Shown in pieces: positions 38,873 to 46,216 of a DNA stretch of 64,000 bases. The position numbers and the translations under genes were made by a program. The first letter of the stretch is position 1. Each line of letters opens with the position of its first letter. Below the pieces are notes generated by a model, which was not told the origin of the DNA, searched no databases, and saw only the letters and a program-made list of their open reading frames with translations. The stretch spans positions 489,135 to 553,134 of the forward strand of contig CAYGOD010000002.1 in assembly GCA_964351525.1 (NCBI GenBank), written 5' to 3'. The stretch is from an uncultured Bdellovibrionales bacterium. GTDB taxonomy: Bacteria > Pseudomonadota > Alphaproteobacteria > Micavibrionales > GCA-2720935.

Positions 38873-39685
38873 ATGGATTTAGATCTTTCAACACATAAAA
38901 AGTCATTTAACCGCGTGTCTCGCTTAGACGAGAAAAGCACTGTTGTTAAATTAGAAAACAAACTTGCGGGCTTTGCCGTATTCGTGATGGTTTTATGTGC
39001 TTTATTCCTTGCTCTTGGTACACCAAATGCCAATGCCTCTACATCTGAACGTTCAATCAAATTATCGTCTCTTGTTTCACCGCATGCCGCGAAGAACACG
39101 GTTTACCAAAATAACAGATCACAACCTTCAATCTTTGGTGCTTCGGAAACAAAATCAACTGACATCCGTCCTTTCAAAAAATGGACGAGTGTTTTGCGCC
39201 GTTACCAACGTCAAATGATGACATCTGAGGCCGCAACATATAAGGCCTGGTTCGCCCGCATGGAATATTTACGCGACAAGCCAGTCATGGAGCGCATCCG
39301 TCAGGTTAATAACATCGTTAATCTAAACCGCTATGTGAATGATCAGCAGGGTTACGGCCAGAGCGACCATTGGGCGACACCTGTAGAATTCATCACCAAA
39401 CGTTACGGTGATTGTGAAGACTTCGCGATTGCTAAATTGATGGCCCTAAAAGCCCTTGGTCTTTCTGAAAGCTCTATGCGCATCGCGGTTGTTCAAGATA
39501 AGCAAAAGAATGTACCCCATGCCGTATTGGTTGTGTCACATAATGGTCAATCTTACTTGTTAGATAATCAAATCAAGCAGGTTGTGAACACAAGCCAAGT
39601 AGCACATTACGCCCCTTTCTACTCTATCTCACGCACAGCATGGTGGAGACATATCGAACCACAGAAAACAGCCATGTTGCGTTAA
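38873..39685 (+). CDS. bacterial transglutaminase-like cysteine peptidase (BTLCP, LapG/DUF920 family)
   Basis: 270 aa. Signal/anchor LAGFAVFVMVLCALFLALGTPNANA. Catalytic-triad context YGDCEDFAIAKLMAL ... PHAVLVV ... LLDN. Confidence 0.75.
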   Translation: MDLDLSTHKKSFNRVSRLDEKSTVVKLENKLAGFAVFVMVLCALFLALGTPNANASTSERSIKLSSLVSPHAAKNTVYQNNRSQPSIFGASETKSTDIRPFKKWTSVLRRYQRQMMTSEAATYKAWFARMEYLRDKPVMERIRQVNNIVNLNRYVNDQQGYGQSDHWATPVEFITKRYGDCEDFAIAKLMALKALGLSESSMRIAVVQDKQKNVPHAVLVVSHNGQSYLLDNQIKQVVNTSQVAHYAPFYSISRTAWWRHIEPQKTAMLR

Positions 39686-39718
39686 TCGGATAATCTTATA
39701 ACTATTGAAATAATAAAG

Positions 39719-39743
39719 AGCGGTGACAAGATCACCGTTTTTT
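39719..39743 (+). terminator. rho-independent terminator after the BTLCP gene
   Basis: CGGTGA / TCACCG stem (extendable by G-U and A-U pairs) with a 5-nt loop, followed by T6 (39738-39743). Confidence 0.55.
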
Positions 39744-39757
39744 GTTATTTAAACGCT

Positions 39758-40417
39758 ATGACATTAAATTTAGAAGATCATCTCTTATATCGTGACGCGC
39801 TTATCTTGGTTATTAACAAGCCAGGGGGGATTCCCGTCCATAAAGGGCCAAAGGGCGGCGAAACCCTTGATCAATATTTTGATCAGTTAACATTTGGTCT
39901 GCCCCGTTTACCGCAATTGGCGCATAGGCTTGATCGCGGGACAAGTGGCTGTCTGGTTCTGGGTCGTCACCGTAAAGCTTTACAAAAGATGATGAAGCTC
40001 TTTAAAAATGGCCATATTGAAAAAACATATATCGCCGTTGTTCATGGCCATGTCATTGATGATGAGGGCATTATTGACGCGCCTTTGGGTAAGAAATCAC
40101 AAGATAAGCGCAGTTGGCATATGAAGGTCGATGTTGAGAAGGGCGCACCGTCTTTAACAGCATTCACCGTGATAAAGCGATCAACCGAAGGCGCGCCTCG
40201 CACATGGCTATCATTATCCCCTAAAACCGGTCGTACCCATCAGTTACGCGTTCATTGCGCCCATTTGGGGCATCCGATAATGGGGGATTATATTTACGGA
40301 GAGGTTGCGGTGAATGAGCATGAGCCATTAATGCTCCATGCCTCAAAATTAATTATCCCGCTATACAAAAACAGGGCGCCCCTAGTGATAGAGGCGCCCC
40401 AACCTGAGTATTTTTAA
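39758..40417 (+). CDS. RluA-family pseudouridine synthase
   Basis: 219 aa. Catalytic HRLDRGTSGCLVLGR. C-terminal GRTHQLRVH motif. Confidence 0.85.
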   Translation: MTLNLEDHLLYRDALILVINKPGGIPVHKGPKGGETLDQYFDQLTFGLPRLPQLAHRLDRGTSGCLVLGRHRKALQKMMKLFKNGHIEKTYIAVVHGHVIDDEGIIDAPLGKKSQDKRSWHMKVDVEKGAPSLTAFTVIKRSTEGAPRTWLSLSPKTGRTHQLRVHCAHLGHPIMGDYIYGEVAVNEHEPLMLHASKLIIPLYKNRAPLVIEAPQPEYF

Positions 40418-40432
40418 AATTCTTGTTTTAAT

Positions 40433-41305
40433 TTATGGTTTTAGGTCTGCAGCAGGGATACAGTTAGCCCCTTGAATGCGCTTGTAAACTTTCCAGTCTT
40501 GGTTCAAGAATCGTAATGGCGTATTACGCCAAATACTGTTATCCCAGTGATATTTACTAGATCTACATATTGAACCTTTTTCTACTTTAGTAATAAAGTC
40601 ATCACCAGGATCCCACTGCATGGGGAATATAAGAGAGCTTCGTGCTTCTAGATATTGAGCTGGTGCTTCGAATTTTTTGTCTTTTTTTGACATTTCCACT
40701 ATTTCTTGGCGTATCTCATAGGCATGTTGAAAGCTTGTAGCACCTTTTAAAGGCGTTGATGATATACGATATACATCATTTTTAAACATGCCTTCTTTTG
40801 TTAAATCTTCGGTCTCGCTAGTTACATAGTAATATTGATCATGATCTAATGTAATCCCATAAAATACAGGAGCGGCGACCAAAGAACTGCCATAAACAAT
40901 GGCGGCTGGGATCAGGACTTTTTCTGCACCAAAGCGCATTGCAGCAAATGTTGCAACACCAGCGGCGGCCGTCGCAATTAAGCCTACATTAAAGAATGCA
41001 TAAGCAGCCACGCTACCACCGATTGCTAATTTAGCAATAGGACGCATTTTAGGAGGGAGTTGTTTGCCTAAAAATGTTTTGCGTGGGTTAGCATCTGTTT
41101 CAGGCTCATAAATCGCGCCAGCAATTGCGCTCATGACGCCCGGTGCCATTGATTGACCAATGCTGAAAGCACCCTTGGCAAGAGATGCTGATACTTTGCC
41201 AGTAAAGGCGATTGCGGGCACTAAATATTGTGACACAACCCCTTGCGCATTAAAGCCCTTCTGTAGATCAGATTCTGGCTTTTTATTATCGTTATTATCA
41301 GTCAT
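40433..41305 (-). CDS. hypothetical membrane protein (gene 3 of the AAA+ operon)
   Basis: 290 aa. Gly/Ala-rich amphipathic stretch (aa ~25-65), two clear TM segments (IAKLAIGGSVAAYAFFNVGLIATAAAGVATFAAM; VLIPAAIVYGSSLVAAPVFYGI), and a ~140-aa C-terminal soluble domain with 2 Cys. Starts 25 nt after the AAA+ gene. Confidence 0.65.
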   Translation of the reverse strand: MTDNNDNKKPESDLQKGFNAQGVVSQYLVPAIAFTGKVSASLAKGAFSIGQSMAPGVMSAIAGAIYEPETDANPRKTFLGKQLPPKMRPIAKLAIGGSVAAYAFFNVGLIATAAAGVATFAAMRFGAEKVLIPAAIVYGSSLVAAPVFYGITLDHDQYYYVTSETEDLTKEGMFKNDVYRISSTPLKGATSFQHAYEIRQEIVEMSKKDKKFEAPAQYLEARSSLIFPMQWDPGDDFITKVEKGSICRSSKYHWDNSIWRNTPLRFLNQDWKVYKRIQGANCIPAADLKP

Positions 41306-41330
41306 AATTTTTCTCTTTTTCTTTTCTAAA

Positions 41331-43805
41331 TTAACCAGTCATCTGGAGTTTGGCAGGAGGCTGGCGTCTCACTGGCACATTTTTAGGTGCACGTGGCTCA
41401 TCCTCAATAATATTTACCGTAAGTTCTGCTGTATTGGTATCAAAGCCTATCGCAATACGCAAGCCTTTATCTTCGTCATAGTCTGGTTTGATTGACTCTT
41501 GGAGGTAAATTGGTGTAAAAGCATCTTTCAAGCGGTCTTTCAAAAGCTTGGCAACTTTACGTGCACCATTACGGCGATCATAAAGTGTATCAATAATATT
41601 CTTATATGTTTCGTCAGCAATGATAAGTTCAATATTCTCTTCAGCCATTTCTTTGATCGTACCACCAGCGACAAGCTTGGCGATTGTTAGCATTGAATCG
41701 TCTTCTAAGTAATCAAGGCATGATAAGAAATCAAAACGGTTTAACAGTTCTGGCTTCACGTCTGTATTGCCTGATAAAATAGCATTAGTGATTGTTTCTT
41801 CAGCTTTTGGAATTGTCATGCCATCTTCGTTAAATATTTCTGCCATTAAGTTTGATGTGGCAACAATAATAACGTTCGTGCAATCAATAACATTTCCCTT
41901 TTTATCATTCACGGTGCCTTCATCAAGGATGTTCATGAGGGCATCTAAAACAGATGGATGTGCTTTTTCAATTTCATCAATCAAAAGAACCGCATTTGGA
42001 TTTTTCTTAAGTGACTCTGTTAATATGCCACCATCTTCATAACCAACAAGACCAGCATCTGCACCCAATAATGTGCTTACACCAGAATCGCTCTTATAAT
42101 CCTGCATCATAATTTTCACAAGAGGGCGACCTGTTTCTTCGGCAATAACTTTGGTAAGTTCCGATTTACCAACACCAGAGGGGCCGATACCAAACATAGA
42201 AACAACTGGTTTCGTACGTTTTTTCTTCTTAAATGCTTCTGCCGTTTGAATGGCAGTTACAATTTTATCCACGGCTCTGTCTTGACCAATAATACGGTCT
42301 TTAACGCTTTGCCCTAGCTTAGACAACATTTCACGCGCTTTGCGATCATTGTTCTTGGCATCAATACCTGTTAGCGCGGTGAATATTTCACGGACATCGG
42401 AGGCATCAATTGTGACGGGTTGATGACGATATTTATCATATTTAGCGTATGTTTTTTGGTCTTGTGTCTCTTTTTCTTTGCGTAATTGTGCGATTGCTTT
42501 CTTGGCGCTGCTATATTGAACTGTTTTATTTTGTTCAAACTCTTCTTCAGAAGGTGTGTAGTTGTCTACAGCTTCTTTAATAAAGGCCTCAGTTGCCTCT
42601 GCACGCTCTTTTATATCTTTAATTTCAGCGAACTGCCCGCTATTATTGACTTGTGCTTTGACAATATTTTCTTGCTTAGTTTTAAGCGTTGTTATGATTT
42701 TCTCGCTCTCACGCGCAACATCTTCTTGCGCCTTGAGGATGGCTTCATCAAATTGTGAGGCACCCATTTGGCGGTGAATATCGCGCGCTAGACGCATATT
42801 ATGCTCGTTTGTTAGCGTTTCTAACTCTAATGTAAGTGTTTCTAATGTGTTCTCTTGCTCATCAGACAGGTTGTCTTGTGCTTCTAAATCTTTAATTTGT
42901 GCTTTGGTCAAGCGTATTTCTTTGGGCTCTAATAGTTCTTGAGCATAAAAATTTGCGACAATCGCAGCACGAAGATCAAGGGAACGCGCAGGCTGAGCCG
43001 TTGTGAAATAAGGACTTGTCTGGAATTTATTTGATAGGTTCAAGATTTCAGCTTCAGCCGCATCAGATAAAGTGACGCCGAGATATCTATTTGTTAAATG
43101 TTCGCGTGTCTCTCTTAAGATCGCTGATGTTGTGTTTTCGTCACTTTCATTAACGGCAAGTGTTGTGAACAGGCTGTGACCATGGGGAATAACGGACATA
43201 AGATCATTAGCACGATTTTTACCAGGCACGTCTTTTACCATCATGATTGCTTTAAAATCATTATTTGATAAGGCTGCAGATAAGCGGATTGCCGGACTTC
43301 TGAGATGAAAGCGGTTAAGTGTCGTCATTAATAAATCCATGTCTTCAATAACAAGAACAGGCATTTTTCCTTGACCATCTTCAGACCCCTTACTGGCATT
43401 TTCAAGCGTATCGAACACCGCGTTTAAGGTTCTCTCAATTTCTATTTTATCTTCTGTATTGAATAATATTTCTGTATCAAGGAAATAATAGTCATTTCTT
43501 AATAGTGGATATGTAATTGATGATTTAATGAAATCTGTTTCTAAAATTTTATTACCAGATAAACCATCTGCTCTTGCTTGTTTTAGACGCTCTTGCATCT
43601 GTGTAATGGCTAAGACTTGTGTCGTTTTACCAACGCCGTTTTTACCTGTTAAAATGATATTGGATTCACTTTCTTTTGAAAAAATCGCTGTAATATCTGT
43701 CATATGGCCTGTGCCATAAAATTTATCAAAAGCAGGGTGGTTTTTCTTCATATATGCGGATGCGCTAAGCAATACGTCTTTTGTTTCTGTAGGAGATGAC
43801 ATCAC
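41331..43805 (-). CDS. Clp/Hsp100-class double-AAA+ ATPase, ClpB/ClpV-like, lacking the N-domain
   Basis: 824 aa. NBD1 Walker A GKNGVGKTT (aa 54-62). NBD2 has IIGQDRAV, GPSGVGKSE, LLIDEIEKAHPSVLDALMNILDEG, VATSN and LLNRFD. Long E/K/Q-rich middle segment (aa ~290-460). Confidence 0.85.
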   Translation of the reverse strand: MMSSPTETKDVLLSASAYMKKNHPAFDKFYGTGHMTDITAIFSKESESNIILTGKNGVGKTTQVLAITQMQERLKQARADGLSGNKILETDFIKSSITYPLLRNDYYFLDTEILFNTEDKIEIERTLNAVFDTLENASKGSEDGQGKMPVLVIEDMDLLMTTLNRFHLRSPAIRLSAALSNNDFKAIMMVKDVPGKNRANDLMSVIPHGHSLFTTLAVNESDENTTSAILRETREHLTNRYLGVTLSDAAEAEILNLSNKFQTSPYFTTAQPARSLDLRAAIVANFYAQELLEPKEIRLTKAQIKDLEAQDNLSDEQENTLETLTLELETLTNEHNMRLARDIHRQMGASQFDEAILKAQEDVARESEKIITTLKTKQENIVKAQVNNSGQFAEIKDIKERAEATEAFIKEAVDNYTPSEEEFEQNKTVQYSSAKKAIAQLRKEKETQDQKTYAKYDKYRHQPVTIDASDVREIFTALTGIDAKNNDRKAREMLSKLGQSVKDRIIGQDRAVDKIVTAIQTAEAFKKKKRTKPVVSMFGIGPSGVGKSELTKVIAEETGRPLVKIMMQDYKSDSGVSTLLGADAGLVGYEDGGILTESLKKNPNAVLLIDEIEKAHPSVLDALMNILDEGTVNDKKGNVIDCTNVIIVATSNLMAEIFNEDGMTIPKAEETITNAILSGNTDVKPELLNRFDFLSCLDYLEDDSMLTIAKLVAGGTIKEMAEENIELIIADETYKNIIDTLYDRRNGARKVAKLLKDRLKDAFTPIYLQESIKPDYDEDKGLRIAIGFDTNTAELTVNIIEDEPRAPKNVPVRRQPPAKLQMTG

Positions 43806-43901
43806 TATCTATCCTTTTTCTTTATACTCGGGTTACTCAGGGTTCTTGGGTGCTGGTGGTTAATCAGCGTCACTATCAGGTCTTTATTTATTGAGGAAGG
43901 A

Positions 43902-43934
43902 GGGGAAGATTAACGTTAGACATTTATCTTCCCC
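43902..43934 (-). other. stem-loop between the coiled-coil gene and the AAA+ gene
   Basis: Perfect 9-bp stem GGGGAAGAT / ATCTTCCCC with a 15-nt loop containing the palindrome TAACGTTA. Lies 16 nt downstream of the 657-aa gene stop. No clean U-tract on the minus strand. Confidence 0.4.
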
Positions 43935-43949
43935 TATATCCATTATTTT

Positions 43950-45923
43950 TTATGGTCTTAAAACAGGGCCGCGGGATCTCATTCTTGCAGATGTGGCGGT
44001 TGCACCTTTGCTTTCAGCCTGTGCACGTTCCAAGTCCCTAACGGCCTCTTTTGTGTCCTTAAGAGCTTCGTCTGTTCTGTCGTTCAATGCCTGCTGTGTT
44101 ACTGCATCTTGATTCAACATTTGTGTTGTATCTTCTAAGCTCTGCTTGATGCGATTAAGATCTTTAATGCTTTCTTCTTTTAACAGGTCTGAACGTCTCT
44201 TAGCTTTTCTTAGTGCTAGGCCGGTTTTACCTTGAAGATCTCTGGCATTTGAAGCATTCATTAACGTTGTTACAATATTACGAATACCTTCAATCGAAGC
44301 ATCTAGCGTTGCCATACTGTTTGGAACAACACCTGCATACGTATTGTAACGTGTACAAATCTCTTCATGGGCCGTCTTGTCTTCTTTGTGCTTCTGTGAT
44401 GTAACTTGAGCATTCATGACCGCTGTCACAGATGTATTGACAAGGTTACTTGAGGCCTTCTTCAATGTTTCATACATTTCATCAGCACGTTCTTTTTTAT
44501 CTGTCGCACGGCGCAAGATTTCTTGTGTTACTGTTGCAGAAACTGTGAAATCAGCAATATTTGCACTTTCGAAATCATCATCAGAAATCGCATTTTCTGC
44601 TTTTTCATTTGCTAAAAAAGCGGCTTGATACTCTGCATGGAATTTATGCAAGTTGCCCGCGGCGCGATCATCAATTTGTTCAAAAATAGATGATAAAAGC
44701 TTTAATTCTGAGGCAAGGGCTTTTTGCTTGCCTAAGATATAAGCACTATTGTCAACTTTGATTTTTGCACGTGTGCGTGCCATGGCATTACTCTCTTTAA
44801 TGCTTGCGGCAACCTGTTTACCAATATCTTTAACTTCACGCATCATGGCATTGAATTCGGGATCATCGGTTTTGATGATTGATAAAATGCGTGTACGCTC
44901 TTCAATGTCTAAGCTTAGTTCTGCAAGTTGCTCCGTCACCGGCCTAAGGGCTTCGCGTGCTTTGAATAATTTAGAATTTGTTGTTAATTCAAAAGCACCA
45001 AGTTCTCTTTCACGACTTTCTTCTTTATAAGGATAGCCAGTCAGCTCTTTAATTTTATCATTGATCTCTTCTAATTCTACTTTTGAACTATCGAGAGCCT
45101 CTTGATTTGATTTATCCCAAAATTTAATGTTAATACGACTTGTCGTAGACGTAAGGCGTGTAATGCGATCTTGTGTATTGCGATAGTTACGCTCAAGCTG
45201 ATAGATTTTTTGCTCAAGTTTTGCAATTTCATCACTTTGACTGTTTTTGCTTTCTACTAATGTATTGAAAAGCTTTTGGTCTTTTTCGGCATCACTTAAT
45301 AATTCAGCTAAATCTTTTTGAGCACTATCACCGTTACCATTTGCCAGACGACTTTCAAGGTAATCGGCAACGGGGGCAACAATCTCATTCGCTTTTTCAT
45401 GTTTTGCCTTATATGAAGAGATTAATTTGTTAATAGCAGCAATTGATGTATCGCTGTTAAATTCTACAGTGGTAGCATCATTAATCTCTTGGTTTTCATT
45501 ACCCAAAGCTTCAATGCGCTCTGACATGTTAATAACAAAATCATTCAACATCGCGTTATTTTTAAGAACGGCCTCATCTTCATCAACACCGGCATCTGGC
45601 ACAAACATTTCAGATAACTTGTCCATCTTTTCTTCAAGCGTTAGTTCTTCATCTCTAACAATCGTCGTAATTTTATCTGTGAAATCACTGATTTCTTGAT
45701 CGGAAGCATCACTGCGCTGCATTTGTTCAGCAACCTTTACAGTGTTACTTACTAATGCTGTACGTGCATCTTCCAATTCTGTTTCTTCTTCCGAGCGAAG
45801 GTCAGCAGTTAGCTGGTCAGCAGCCTCGTCAAAGTCTTTTTCTGCTTGATCTGCTTTACCAGTTACCTCGTTAAGTTGGTTAAGGAAGTCATCTTCAGTT
45901 GGGTTTGTTGTATGATCAGTCAT
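43950..45923 (-). CDS. hypothetical acidic coiled-coil protein (gene 1 of the AAA+ operon)
   Basis: 657-aa ORF. Strongly acidic N-terminal ~120 aa, E/K/L/A/T/N-rich heptad-like body, and a short basic tail SARMRSRGPVLRP. No TM segment, no signal peptide, no family recognised. Confidence 0.7.
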   Translation of the reverse strand: MTDHTTNPTEDDFLNQLNEVTGKADQAEKDFDEAADQLTADLRSEEETELEDARTALVSNTVKVAEQMQRSDASDQEISDFTDKITTIVRDEELTLEEKMDKLSEMFVPDAGVDEDEAVLKNNAMLNDFVINMSERIEALGNENQEINDATTVEFNSDTSIAAINKLISSYKAKHEKANEIVAPVADYLESRLANGNGDSAQKDLAELLSDAEKDQKLFNTLVESKNSQSDEIAKLEQKIYQLERNYRNTQDRITRLTSTTSRINIKFWDKSNQEALDSSKVELEEINDKIKELTGYPYKEESRERELGAFELTTNSKLFKAREALRPVTEQLAELSLDIEERTRILSIIKTDDPEFNAMMREVKDIGKQVAASIKESNAMARTRAKIKVDNSAYILGKQKALASELKLLSSIFEQIDDRAAGNLHKFHAEYQAAFLANEKAENAISDDDFESANIADFTVSATVTQEILRRATDKKERADEMYETLKKASSNLVNTSVTAVMNAQVTSQKHKEDKTAHEEICTRYNTYAGVVPNSMATLDASIEGIRNIVTTLMNASNARDLQGKTGLALRKAKRRSDLLKEESIKDLNRIKQSLEDTTQMLNQDAVTQQALNDRTDEALKDTKEAVRDLERAQAESKGATATSARMRSRGPVLRP

Positions 45924-45989
45924 TTTTTTATCTTTCTTTTCAGGTTTCTTAAGGTGTTAATAAAAAATTAATATTTCCATATGACCCTA

Positions 45990-46018
45990 TTTATATACAT
46001 AATAACAAAATGAGTCAA
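45990..46018 (-). promoter_or_regulatory. putative sigma70-type promoter of the coiled-coil/AAA+ operon
   Basis: Minus strand TTGACT (46018-46013), 17 nt, TATAAA (45995-45990). The -10 lies ~67 nt upstream of ATG 45923 and downstream of the fadE terminator. Confidence 0.35.
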
Positions 46019-46126
46019 TATCTTTTTCCATATTTTGGTATGTTTTTTTTGCCTGTACAAAAACATTAGGTAAGGTGCAATGATAAGGTTCTGTTTTTAA
46101 ACAAAAAACATATTAACGGATGAAGC

Positions 46127-46163
46127 GAAAAAGCCCCACTATGTTTGCTTACATAGCGGGGCT
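46127..46163 (-). terminator. rho-independent terminator after fadE
   Basis: 13-bp stem AGCCCCACTATGT / ACATAGCGGGGCT (one mismatch) with a 6-nt loop. On the minus strand it is followed by TTTTT (46131-46127). It lies 54 nt after the fadE stop. Confidence 0.65.
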
Positions 46164-46216
46164 TATTTTATATATTTGATCTTTAAAGGCTCAAATAGTC
46201 CTTTTATATGGACTTC

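Noticed and set aside
43891-45699. Series of 63-93-aa plus-strand ORFs across the coiled-coil gene.
   Set aside because: They are a consequence of the low-complexity GAA/AAG/GCT-rich coding strand, whose mirror frames lack stops. Their Ser/Leu/Phe-rich products have no start signals.
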